A stretch of DNA of 49,828 nt from Arcobacter sp. Its GTDB lineage: Bacteria; Campylobacterota; Campylobacteria; Campylobacterales; Arcobacteraceae. Both the position numbers and the translations under genes were made by a program. This document shows, in pieces, positions 1 through 8,716 of the stretch. The notes under the pieces were generated by a model, which worked only from the letters and a program-made list of their open reading frames with translations, did not search any database and was not told where the DNA came from. The stretch covers positions 1 to 49,828 of the forward strand of contig DQSS01000035.1 in assembly GCA_015663165.1 (NCBI GenBank), in the 5' to 3' direction. Position 1 is the stretch's first letter. The number at the start of each line of letters is the position of its first letter.

Positions 1-149
1 ATAGGTGTTCTAGTCAGTGCCCAAATAATAGCTAAAACTGTAACTATTGTAGTAAATAAAAATATAAAAATTTTTCTTTTAACTATTGTTTTCCACAGTT
101 CTTTTAAATCTATCTCATCTTCTTCTATATATTGTCTATGTTGTTCCAA
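1..149 (-). CDS. Partial CDS (5' end only, continues past window start): N-terminus of a Wzz/chain-length-determinant-like membrane protein
   Basis: The minus-strand frame is open from the window edge up to TTG at 147-149, with AAGGA about 10 nt upstream. Translation is (M)EQHRQYIEEDEIDLKELWKTIVKRKIFIFLFTTIVTVLAIIWALTRTP: an acidic DEIDLKELW motif followed by one TM helix, as in Wzz N-termini. It is divergent from galU and too short for the ORF track. Confidence 0.4.
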   Translation of the reverse strand, partial: MEQHRQYIEEDEIDLKELWKTIVKRKIFIFLFTTIVTVLAIIWALTRTP

Positions 150-311
150 TTTAAATGTTTCCTTTTTTAATGTCTCTAAGTGATACTTAATTTAATAAGT
201 ATACTTAAACATACTTTTACCACTGCTGAAATACTTAGCAATTTTAAATTATTAGCTTAGAAGTAATTTTTAGATATTATTTTAGATATATAAAAATTAA
301 AGTGATTAAAA

Positions 312-1145
312 ATGATTAAAAAATGTTTATTTCCTGCTGCTGGTTATGGTACTAGATTTTTACCGGCTACTAAATCTATACCAAAAGAGATGTTACCTCT
401 TGTAACTAAACCATTGATACAATACGGTGTGGAAGAGGCTATAAATGCTGGATGTGATACAATCGCTATGGTTGTAAGTAAATATAAAAAAAGTATTGAA
501 GATCATTTTGATAACAATACAGATATCCAATCTAGTATAAATGGTACAAGCAAAGAGAATCTTTTGAATCCATTAAATAATATTATAGAAAATACTACAT
601 TTTCATATACAAGGCAGTTAGAAATGAAAGGTCTTGGTCATGCCATTCTCACTGGACAAACTTTGATAGGAGATGAATCGTTTGCTGTTATCCTTGCTGA
701 TGATGTATGTCATAGTCAAAATGATTCAGTATTAAGCCAAATGATGAGTATCCATGAAAAGTATCCTCAACACTGTATAGTAGCAATAGAAGAAATTCCA
801 CTTAAAAATACAAATAAGTATGGTGTAATTTCAGGTGAAGAAATAGAAAATAATCTTTTTCGTGTAGATAATATGATCGAAAAACCAGAGCCAAAAGATG
901 CTCCATCAAATCTTGCAATTATAGGAAGATATATACTAACTCCTGATATTTTTGAAGTTATAAAAAATACAAGTCCAAGTAAAGGTGGAGAAATCCAAAT
1001 AACAGATGCTCTTCTTACTCTGGCTAAAAAAGGAAAAGTATTAGCTTATAAATTTGATGGTAAAAGATTTGATTGTGGTAGTATCGATGGATTTATTGAA
1101 GCTACTAATTATTTTTATGAAAGAGAAGCTAGAGATGAAATATAG
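312..1145 (+). CDS. galU: UTP--glucose-1-phosphate uridylyltransferase
   Basis: 277-aa ORF with N-terminal FPAAGYGTRFLPATKSIPKEMLP nucleotidyltransferase signature and a VEKP-like IEKPEP motif. Confidence 0.9.
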   Translation: MIKKCLFPAAGYGTRFLPATKSIPKEMLPLVTKPLIQYGVEEAINAGCDTIAMVVSKYKKSIEDHFDNNTDIQSSINGTSKENLLNPLNNIIENTTFSYTRQLEMKGLGHAILTGQTLIGDESFAVILADDVCHSQNDSVLSQMMSIHEKYPQHCIVAIEEIPLKNTNKYGVISGEEIENNLFRVDNMIEKPEPKDAPSNLAIIGRYILTPDIFEVIKNTSPSKGGEIQITDALLTLAKKGKVLAYKFDGKRFDCGSIDGFIEATNYFYEREARDEI

Positions 1146-2340
1146 TAAAAATTTTTATCAAATAAAGTCAAATGATGAGATCTTTCAAAAAGTAAAAGAT
1201 GAAATAGATTATGTTGGCTATTATAGTCTTCCTTCTCAAGATACATCAGATATTAAAAAATATGCAAAAACTGTTACTCAAAAGAACATAGTTGTAATAG
1301 GAATCGGGGGAAGTACTCTTGGTACTTATGCTATATATAACTTTTTAAATAAAACAAATACTTATTCTAAAAAATTGTATTTTTTAGAATCTACAGATCC
1401 TATGGATCTTAACTCAAGAATTAGAGAAATTGATCTTTTAGATTCTTGTTTTGTTGTTATTAGTAAATCTGGAACTACTATTGAAACTATAAGTATATTT
1501 AAATATTTATCTTCACTTGTGAATATAAATCAATCTAATTGTATTATTATAAGTGAATTTGATTCTAAGCTTACAAAATATGCGAATAATAATGATATAA
1601 AAACTTTTTCTATACCTAAAAATGTAGGTGGTAGGTTTTCTGTATTTTCAGCAGTGGGTTTAGTACCATTGGCAATAATAGGTGTAAATATAGATGAATT
1701 ACTAAAGGGAGCTAAAGAAGTAAAAAATAGCTTCTTTGAAAAAGGTGAACATTACGAACCTACTATTCAAAAAGCAAGATTTTTAGTTGAAAATAAAAAT
1801 AAGTTTAATATAAATGTAATATTTTCGTATTCTACCGCACTAGAAGGATTTAATAAATGGTATGTTCAACTATGGGGGGAAAGTTTAGGTAAAATCAATA
1901 TTAATAAAACTAAACAATCACATACTCCTATAGGACTAATTGGACCAGTTGACCAACATAGTTTTTTACAACTTATTATGGAAGGTAAAAGAGATAAAAC
2001 TGTCACTTTTATAAAAATAAATGATTTTGATGATACTACAAAAATACCTTCAAACACACTTAACAACTTTGATGATTTAGAGTATATCGATAATATTACA
2101 TTTTCAGAACTTATAGATAATCAAGCAAATTCTACTATACAAGCAGTACAAGACCTTAAAGATATACCTTGTGATGTAATAACAATAAAAAAGGTTGATG
2201 AGTATAATATAGCAAAACTTATTTTCAATTATCAACTTTTAGTATCAATTATAGGACAATTTGTTCAAATAGATACATACAATCAACCTGGTGTGGAAGA
2301 TGGAAAAATAATATTAAAAAATATTTTACAAAATAAATAA
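1135..2340 (+). CDS. pgi: Glucose-6-phosphate isomerase
   Basis: Track ORF is 1054..2340. I prefer the in-frame ATG at 1135 (MKYSKNFYQ...), which overlaps the galU stop by 11 nt rather than 92 nt. Sugar-isomerase motifs IGIGGSTLG and SKSGTTIET are present. Confidence 0.85.
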   Translation: MKYSKNFYQIKSNDEIFQKVKDEIDYVGYYSLPSQDTSDIKKYAKTVTQKNIVVIGIGGSTLGTYAIYNFLNKTNTYSKKLYFLESTDPMDLNSRIREIDLLDSCFVVISKSGTTIETISIFKYLSSLVNINQSNCIIISEFDSKLTKYANNNDIKTFSIPKNVGGRFSVFSAVGLVPLAIIGVNIDELLKGAKEVKNSFFEKGEHYEPTIQKARFLVENKNKFNINVIFSYSTALEGFNKWYVQLWGESLGKININKTKQSHTPIGLIGPVDQHSFLQLIMEGKRDKTVTFIKINDFDDTTKIPSNTLNNFDDLEYIDNITFSELIDNQANSTIQAVQDLKDIPCDVITIKKVDEYNIAKLIFNYQLLVSIIGQFVQIDTYNQPGVEDGKIILKNILQNK

Positions 2341-2469
2341 CAAAATTTAAATTATTATTTACAATATTGTTACAATACTAAACATATTTCTACAATATAA
2401 TTACATTATTTAAATATTAACTTTATTTTAAGTATTTTATCAATTATGATTGACTATTCCTTTTTTATT

Positions 2470-2478
2470 TGTTAGAAT
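2470..2478 (+). promoter_or_regulatory. Candidate extended -10 promoter element (TGtTAGAAT) for the comEA-like gene
   Basis: TGTTAGAAT lies about 30 nt upstream of ATG 2509 in a T-rich context, with AAAAAGGAAA as RBS in between. Confidence 0.35.
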
Positions 2479-2508
2479 TATTCATAACAATTAAAAAAGG
2501 AAATTATT

Positions 2509-2784
2509 ATGAAAAAACTACTTACTATGTTAGCTTTAGCTACATACCTATTCTCTTCTGTTGATATCAATCATGCAAATATAAAAGAATTATCTTCTTT
2601 AAAAGGTATTGGTGAAGCAAAAGCTAAATCTATAACTTTATATATAAAATACAATGGCTGCTTTAAGGATATATCTGAACTTACAAAAGTAAAAGGAATT
2701 GGACAATCGTTTATAAAGAAAAATGAACTGAATATTTCTATTTTGCCTTGTAAGAAAAAAGGTAAAATGATTAAGGGGATTTAA
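2509..2784 (+). CDS. comEA: ComEA-family helix-hairpin-helix DNA-binding protein (periplasmic, competence-type)
   Basis: 91 aa with signal peptide MKKLLTMLALATYLFSS, then two HhH motifs (INHANIKELSSLKGIGEAKAKSI and ISELTKVKGIGQSFIKKN). Confidence 0.7.
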   Translation: MKKLLTMLALATYLFSSVDINHANIKELSSLKGIGEAKAKSITLYIKYNGCFKDISELTKVKGIGQSFIKKNELNISILPCKKKGKMIKGI

Positions 2785-2790
2785 ACCCCT
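2774..2790. terminator. Short GC hairpin shared by the convergent comEA-like and Dabb genes
   Basis: AGGGG-ATTTAAA-CCCCT is the only GC-rich 5-bp stem in the area and contains both stop codons. No clean T-run on the + side, so this is a weak call. Confidence 0.3.
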
Positions 2791-3082
2791 AGTCTAGAGT
2801 GTAATCACTAACTTTAGAAGATAAAGTAACTTCTTTTATAACAGATACCACTTTTAAATGCTCCTCATGTTGTGCATACGTAGCTAAATCTTCTTTTGAG
2901 TCAAATGTACTGTAAAGTGATAAGTCCATCGCTCTGCTAGCTGTGTCGAAGTTGATTCCTACTTCTATTGTATTTAGTACATCTATTTTATTTTCTAACT
3001 CCTCTAGTAGAGTTTTTACTTTTTGTAGATTTTCTTTTTTATTTTCTTCTTTGAATTCAAACATTACTATATGTACTATCAT
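2789..3082 (-). CDS. Dabb (stress-responsive alpha/beta-barrel) domain protein
   Basis: Track ORF is 2789..3097. I prefer Met6 at 3082 (MIVHIVMFEFKEENKK...) because it forms a TAATG stop/start overlap with the upstream decarboxylase gene. Size (~97 aa) and the HIVMFEFK strand fit the Dabb family. Confidence 0.7.
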   Translation of the reverse strand: MIVHIVMFEFKEENKKENLQKVKTLLEELENKIDVLNTIEVGINFDTASRAMDLSLYSTFDSKEDLATYAQHEEHLKVVSVIKEVTLSSKVSDYTLD

Positions 3083-4899
3083 TATATTATTCCCCATGTA
3101 TTTATAAACTCATCACTTACATTGATAAGTTTTCTTTTTCGTAAATCTTCTATTACACTTTGCGTACATACTACATCATCTGGCCATCTTCTTTGGAAGT
3201 TGTCGTGTGTATTTTTGTTTGTTGCATCTATTCCTATTGTGTTTCCTTCTATGAATATATCTCTGTTGCTATCTATGTTGTTTACTACTCTCCATACTAA
3301 CATATAGATATTGTCTAGGTCGTTGTTTTTTTCATCTACTATTATTAGTATTTTTATATGTGAGAAAAGTGGTTTTAGTTCTTCAAATAGGTATTTTTGA
3401 GATCTATTTTTATTTACTTTTACAACAGTTACTGGATTTTTTGTATCTGTGTGGTATTGCTTTAGAGATGTTATATCTTGTGATATATCTTTTGCTTTTG
3501 TTTCTAAATCTTTATCATTTAATATTGTGATGCCAAGTTCATCTATCTCTTTTCCTGTACAATCAATTCCTAGCTTTCCACCAAGTGCAAATCTAGGACT
3601 TGCATGGTCAAGTGCATCTACTACACCTTTTGTGATTAGTAGTTCTTCTGTGTCTATACGATTTAGTATCCACTTTGATATGGCTATATCATCATGTAGT
3701 TCTGGTGCTGTTTCATCTACAAATATTGCATGTTTTACAAAAGACATTTGCCCTACTCCCCAAAATGCATGCATCATTTGCTGTGCGTGTCCTGGGTATG
3801 ATACTTTTATCTTTGCTAAGATAAGGTTATGAAACACTCCATTTTCAGGCATGTAGTAGTCTATGAGGTCTGGTGCAGTTGTTTTAAGAAGTGGTAGGAA
3901 AATTCGCTCTGTTGCATATCCCATATACTTATCTTCTAGTAATGGTTTACCTACAACAGTTGCTGCAAAAATTGGATTTTTCTTATGTGTGATTGCTGTT
4001 ACATCTAATAATGGGTATTCTTCTTCTAAAGTATAGTACCCAGTATGGTCACCAAATGGTCCCTCTATTCTTATTTTCTCAGGGTCTACAAAACCTTCAA
4101 TTACGAAGTCTACATCGTGTGGTACATAGATTTCATTTGTGATTGATTTTACTAGCTTTGCATTTTCTTTTTTTACAAAACCATAAAGCATAAGCTCAAA
4201 TACACCAATAGGTAAAGGAGCTTGTCCACACCATATGTACATAGGATCTCCACCTATTCCTATACTTACTGGCATTTTTTTACCTGCTTTTTTGTATTCG
4301 TGGAAGAAGTGGTTTGAATCTTTATGTATTTGCCAGTGCATTCCTAGCTTTCCATCTTTGTATACTTGAAGCCTATACATACCTACATTGTGCATTTTCC
4401 CATCTAGGCTTTGTGTATAAACTTGCCCCATAGTTATAAATGGTCCACCATCTTGCTCCCATGTTGTAAGTACTGGAATATCTGATAGACTTATATCATC
4501 TCCAGTTTTTATAACTTCTTGACATACACCTTTACTTTTCAATCTTTTTGGTGGTACATATTTTAAATTGAATAGTGTTTTAAACATATCAATTTTTCCT
4601 GCAAATCCTACAGGTGGCTTCATCTTTAGTAAACCTTCTATTTCGCTTGCTATTTTATCCGCATCCCCTATAAAAAGTTCTACAGCTAAAGGAGAACAAA
4701 ATACATTCATAAGTACAGGAGTATCAAATGTTTTATTATTTTTCTTATCTATAGGATTTGTAAACAATAGTGCTTTACTAATCTCTTGCTTTACTTCTAC
4801 ATATGCAATATGTGGTATTTCAAGATTTATATCTAGTGGTTCATCTATTATTTTTAATAAGTCGTGTTTTTTTAAAATTTCTATTGTTTTATTGTACAT
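3082..4899 (-). CDS. UbiD-family decarboxylase, menaquinone (futalosine-route) biosynthesis decarboxylase type
   Basis: 605 aa. UbiD-like blocks are present (GGPFITMGQVYT, NVGMYRLQV, GGDPMYIW, EGPFGDHTGYY), plus the long C-terminal extension typical of the SCO4490-type enzymes of Campylobacterota. Confidence 0.85.
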   Translation of the reverse strand: MYNKTIEILKKHDLLKIIDEPLDINLEIPHIAYVEVKQEISKALLFTNPIDKKNNKTFDTPVLMNVFCSPLAVELFIGDADKIASEIEGLLKMKPPVGFAGKIDMFKTLFNLKYVPPKRLKSKGVCQEVIKTGDDISLSDIPVLTTWEQDGGPFITMGQVYTQSLDGKMHNVGMYRLQVYKDGKLGMHWQIHKDSNHFFHEYKKAGKKMPVSIGIGGDPMYIWCGQAPLPIGVFELMLYGFVKKENAKLVKSITNEIYVPHDVDFVIEGFVDPEKIRIEGPFGDHTGYYTLEEEYPLLDVTAITHKKNPIFAATVVGKPLLEDKYMGYATERIFLPLLKTTAPDLIDYYMPENGVFHNLILAKIKVSYPGHAQQMMHAFWGVGQMSFVKHAIFVDETAPELHDDIAISKWILNRIDTEELLITKGVVDALDHASPRFALGGKLGIDCTGKEIDELGITILNDKDLETKAKDISQDITSLKQYHTDTKNPVTVVKVNKNRSQKYLFEELKPLFSHIKILIIVDEKNNDLDNIYMLVWRVVNNIDSNRDIFIEGNTIGIDATNKNTHDNFQRRWPDDVVCTQSVIEDLRKRKLINVSDEFINTWGII

Positions 4900-4910
4900 T
4901 TTTTATTTCC

Positions 4911-5636
4911 TTATCTTAGTTTCCAAATACTTACATTTGAAACTGTATGTTGATATTTATTTTGTGTTTCTCTTATAACAAATTCTATTTTATCTTCTTT
5001 TAGAAGTTCAAATTTATCATCAAGAGCTTTATGTAATCCATCTATAGTTTTTATATCTTTACCATCTTTTGTATATCCACCAAGCCAATTTTCTTTTGGT
5101 GTATATTCGCAAAGCCATGTGTATGGTGATGCTATTAGAAGTATACCGTCTTGATTTAGTCTTGAAGATACATCGTTTAAAAAGTCTAGTGGAGTATGTA
5201 GTCTATCTATCAAATTTACAGCAATTATCAAATCATACTCTTTAAACTCTTTTTTCATATTCATAGCATCTGCTTGATAAAAGTTTAAATCTTTTGTATT
5301 GATATCTAAAGATAAATCTTCAAGTGAACTTTGTGATACATATGTACATTCACCTTCACTTGTATTTGTATATTTTAAAAGTTTGTCTTTTTTCATTTGA
5401 TTTGCTATTTGTATAAATTTATTTGAATAATCAAGTCCATCAACTACATCAAACTCTTTTTTTAGTTCAAATGATGCACGCCCTACTGAACATCCTATAT
5501 CTAATGCTTTTGATTTATTATTTATATAGGGAAGTACAATATCTACTATACTTTTAGTAAAATTCTTCACTCCAAAATATTCACTTCCATAGTGAAATTC
5601 ACAATATTGTGATGCAATTATATCTGTTTCGTACAT
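4911..5636 (-). CDS. Class I SAM-dependent methyltransferase, resembling the stand-alone OvoA C-terminal (putative 4-mercaptohistidine N1-methyltransferase) family
   Basis: 241 aa with SAM motif I ALDIGCSVGRASFEL. N-terminal YETDIIASQYCEFHYG and C-terminal NLIDRL...SPYTW...W.GGY blocks match my recollection of that family. It lies 11 nt upstream of the UbiD-like gene. Confidence 0.7.
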   Translation of the reverse strand: MYETDIIASQYCEFHYGSEYFGVKNFTKSIVDIVLPYINNKSKALDIGCSVGRASFELKKEFDVVDGLDYSNKFIQIANQMKKDKLLKYTNTSEGECTYVSQSSLEDLSLDINTKDLNFYQADAMNMKKEFKEYDLIIAVNLIDRLHTPLDFLNDVSSRLNQDGILLIASPYTWLCEYTPKENWLGGYTKDGKDIKTIDGLHKALDDKFELLKEDKIEFVIRETQNKYQHTVSNVSIWKLR

Positions 5637-5648
5637 ACTTCTATCCTT

Positions 5649-6998
5649 TTATTTAGTTAGTAAAACTAAACCTTTTACTTTGTAGATTATACTTTTCTTT
5701 GGATTATAATCTTCTAGTTCTTTTCCTAATTCCAAAGAACTTATTACACTTTTACCAACAATATGTCTACCTTCTACACCATTTTTAATGGTCTTAACAC
5801 CCCAAGTACTATGAAAAATCATAGGCTCACCATCATATGTACCAATATAAAGTGCAATATGACCAGGGATATAAACTAAAGATAAAAACGGAATCCCTTG
5901 AGTCTTTAAGATATGTTTCTTTTGCCAGTTTGATTTACCTTCTAAAGATATATATTTACCGTTTCTAGTTTGTCCAAATGAATTTCTTTGAAGAGGAAAA
6001 GCAAAAGGAGTTAGTAAATCTTTTGTCAAAAGAGAACAATCTCTATTTCCATACAATCCACCCCAACCATAAGGTTGTTTTATAAGCTGATTGATTACCA
6101 TATTTAAATTTTTCTTATTAAACTTTATAGGAAAACTTACTATATTTTTATTTCTATCTACTCTTGAGATATAACCTTTTCCTGTGTTGTCTCGTATTAC
6201 TGTTGCAAACTTTCCTTTTCTTAATGGAAAAAGAGTTCCTAGTTTTACATAGTCTTTAAATACATAGCTTTTATATAAAGGAAAGTTATCTTTTATAGCT
6301 ACATAATATGAGTTTTCACTTTTAAACTTACCTATTACATCAGCATCAACAGTTGCAATATCTTGTACACTTATCCATCCAGATGCAAAACTGGACTCAA
6401 CAAATGCCCAACCATTATCTGTACTATAGTGAGATATATAAAGAGGAGAGTTTAGATTGATACTTGAATTTTGATTGTAATCAAAAGGAAAACCTTCTCC
6501 AGCTTGATCAAATCTTTTAAACATAGGCTTTGAAGTAGGAAAAACTTTTAAGTCACTATTTCTTACAGTAATAGCTCTTTGTTTTACACTTGCAAATTTA
6601 GGCATATTTGAAAGTTTAATTATTCGCTCAAACCATTCTTTGCTTATTCTTCTATAATTTTCTCCATACATTTTAGATCTAGCATAGTTGTTTCCCCAAA
6701 AAGCATTTTTCTTTGACATTGTCATTTTACTTACATTCCACGGTCTAAAATATAGTTCAAAAAATTCTTTATATAGTTTATCTTTTTGTCTCTTTGTTAA
6801 GTTTTTTATATTTTTTGTATAGCTTTGTGCATTTTGAGGATAAACTTCTAAATCTTTTGGATCTTTTTTATTTAGCTTATTTGCTGATAAATAAACTGTT
6901 TCATATTTTATTTTTGTTTGTACTATTGTTGTTTGTTTGTTTAAACAACCTAAAAACAGTACAGAAACCAAACTAGTAAAAATAATTCTTTTTAACAT
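5649..6998 (-). CDS. SH3b-domain-containing NlpC/P60 (C40) peptidoglycan peptidase, lipoprotein
   Basis: Lipobox LFLGC. C40 catalytic blocks are GNRDCSLLTKDL (Cys) and PGHIALYIG (His). The long N-terminal region is typical of YkfC-like SH3b-C40 enzymes. Confidence 0.8.
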   Translation of the reverse strand: MLKRIIFTSLVSVLFLGCLNKQTTIVQTKIKYETVYLSANKLNKKDPKDLEVYPQNAQSYTKNIKNLTKRQKDKLYKEFFELYFRPWNVSKMTMSKKNAFWGNNYARSKMYGENYRRISKEWFERIIKLSNMPKFASVKQRAITVRNSDLKVFPTSKPMFKRFDQAGEGFPFDYNQNSSINLNSPLYISHYSTDNGWAFVESSFASGWISVQDIATVDADVIGKFKSENSYYVAIKDNFPLYKSYVFKDYVKLGTLFPLRKGKFATVIRDNTGKGYISRVDRNKNIVSFPIKFNKKNLNMVINQLIKQPYGWGGLYGNRDCSLLTKDLLTPFAFPLQRNSFGQTRNGKYISLEGKSNWQKKHILKTQGIPFLSLVYIPGHIALYIGTYDGEPMIFHSTWGVKTIKNGVEGRHIVGKSVISSLELGKELEDYNPKKSIIYKVKGLVLLTK

Positions 6999-7324
6999 AA
7001 ACTTCCTTTTTTGCTATATTTGTCTTCTAATAATTCCATAGCTTTTATATATTTATCTCTATTTTCTAACTCTACCTCATCAAAAAGAACTTTGTATTTT
7101 ACAAAAGTACTCCATACTTTTTCTGCGGCATCTGGTCTACCTTTTACAAAAAGTGCCAATGAAGTTGTACCATTGATAAGACCTTGCAAAAATTTTGCAC
7201 TACTCTTATCTCCAATTTTCTTTAAAGCTTTCCAATCATCTTCTAAAACTTCATGAGCTTCTACAAAATGATGGTCAATAATCATTTGTATAAATTCATC
7301 TATTCTATAGTTGCCCTTATGCAA
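6992..7324 (-). CDS. DUF309 domain protein
   Basis: 110 aa with an F.EAHEVLEDDWK motif characteristic of DUF309. Its start overlaps the rimO stop by 8 nt and its stop overlaps the next gene by 7 nt. Confidence 0.7.
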   Translation of the reverse strand: MHKGNYRIDEFIQMIIDHHFVEAHEVLEDDWKALKKIGDKSSAKFLQGLINGTTSLALFVKGRPDAAEKVWSTFVKYKVLFDEVELENRDKYIKAMELLEDKYSKKGSLC

Positions 7325-8660
7325 TAATTCTACCTATAAGTTTATCTCCTACAAGCTCTGTGATTATTGCTTTATAGATTTTTCCATATTGTAGTTTTTC
7401 TTGCAGTTCATTGTCATTGATATATATTTCACCATCAATATCTCTCTCCCAAGAAAGTTTTCTAGCACTTAGTAAATATTCGTGTTCTTCGCTTTCACCT
7501 TCTACTACTACTTCAAAAGTTTTTCCTACTTCTTTTTCTAAGCTTTCAATCGTAGTTTTTCGTATAATAGCTCCTAAGATATCAGCTCTTTCATCTATAA
7601 CTTCTTGGGGTATTTTATTTGTATCATCATATGCACTTGTATCTTCTTCATCAGAGTAAGAAAATACATTTGCTCTATCAAATTTAAACTCTCTTACATA
7701 CTCGCATAACTCATCAAAGTCTTCTTGTGTTTCTCCTGGGTGTCCAACTATAAAAGTACTTCTTACAAAGCTATCTTTTACATTTTTCATAGCATCCATA
7801 AGTTCTTTTAGTTTTTCAACACCTTTTCCTCTTTTCATAACTTTTAGCATATTTGCTGTGCTATGTTGAAGTGGCATATCGTAGTATGAATGGAAGATCT
7901 TACTTGATGCAATTTTATCTATAAGATTTGTAGTTGTTGTTGATGGGTAAAGATATAATATTCTTGCAGACTTTACACCTTCTATTGCTTCAACAGCATC
8001 TATTAGTTGTTCTATTCCATCGTTTGAACCTAAGTCTCTCATATATGAAGATGAATCTTGAGATACAAAAGAGAAGTCATAGTAGCCGTTGTTTACCATA
8101 TTTTTGATTTCTATTACTAAAGATTCTATTGTTCTACTTTGTAATTTACCTTTGAAGTTTGGTATAGCACAAAAAGCACAAGTTTGATTACATCCTTCAC
8201 TTAGTTTGATATAAGCATGAAAGTTTGAACCAGTTACTACTCTATCTAAAGTCTCATCGGCTAAAAATACCTTAGCAGAAAACTGACTTCTTTTTTCTTC
8301 AACTAACTTATCAATAATATCATAATCCCCAACACCCGTAAAAATATCAACCTCACTTAAATCAGCTTGTAGCTCTTCTTTATATCTTTCACTCAAACAT
8401 CCAGACATAACTAATACAGAGTTTTCTTTTCTTACATCATGCATATTTAAGACCGTATTTAAAGACTCTTCTTTAGCACTTTGAATAAACCCGCAAGTAT
8501 TTACAATAATCACATCAGCTTCACTAGGCTCATCTATGATTTTATACCCATTTAGACGTCCTAGCATCACTTCGCTATCTATTAAGTTTTTTGTACAACC
8601 TAAACTTACTAGATGTACAGTTCTATGTGCGATATTTGTTTTCCAACTTTGTTCTGACAT
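7317..8660 (-). CDS. rimO: Ribosomal protein S12 methylthiotransferase
   Basis: 447 aa with an N-terminal UPF0004/MTTase block (VHLVSLGCTKNLIDSE), a radical-SAM CNQTCAFC cluster motif and a C-terminal TRAM-like domain. Confidence 0.9.
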   Translation of the reverse strand: MSEQSWKTNIAHRTVHLVSLGCTKNLIDSEVMLGRLNGYKIIDEPSEADVIIVNTCGFIQSAKEESLNTVLNMHDVRKENSVLVMSGCLSERYKEELQADLSEVDIFTGVGDYDIIDKLVEEKRSQFSAKVFLADETLDRVVTGSNFHAYIKLSEGCNQTCAFCAIPNFKGKLQSRTIESLVIEIKNMVNNGYYDFSFVSQDSSSYMRDLGSNDGIEQLIDAVEAIEGVKSARILYLYPSTTTTNLIDKIASSKIFHSYYDMPLQHSTANMLKVMKRGKGVEKLKELMDAMKNVKDSFVRSTFIVGHPGETQEDFDELCEYVREFKFDRANVFSYSDEEDTSAYDDTNKIPQEVIDERADILGAIIRKTTIESLEKEVGKTFEVVVEGESEEHEYLLSARKLSWERDIDGEIYINDNELQEKLQYGKIYKAIITELVGDKLIGRIIA

Positions 8661-8716
8661 ATTATTTTCCTATTGATTCATTTTATTTGTATATATATTG
8701 CGATTATAACTAAAAG

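Noticed and set aside
267-289. Tandem 12-bp repeat TTTTAGATAT(TA) x2 and the 10-bp palindrome AAGTATACTT (about 198-207) upstream of galU
   Set aside because: These are very short AT-only elements in a promoter region of an AT-rich genome. They are compatible with chance and ordinary -10/UP-like sequence, and nothing distinguishes them as functional.
1054-1134. Upstream extension of pgi (track start 1054)
   Set aside because: It would overlap galU by 92 nt and adds a hydrophobic non-Pgi peptide. The in-frame ATG 1135 gives a normal N-terminus and an 11-nt overlap.
3449-4978. Plus-strand ORFs 3449..3832 and 4568..4978 (127 and 136 aa) opposite the UbiD-family gene
   Set aside because: Both are antisense shadow ORFs with Ser/Phe-rich composition and no motifs.
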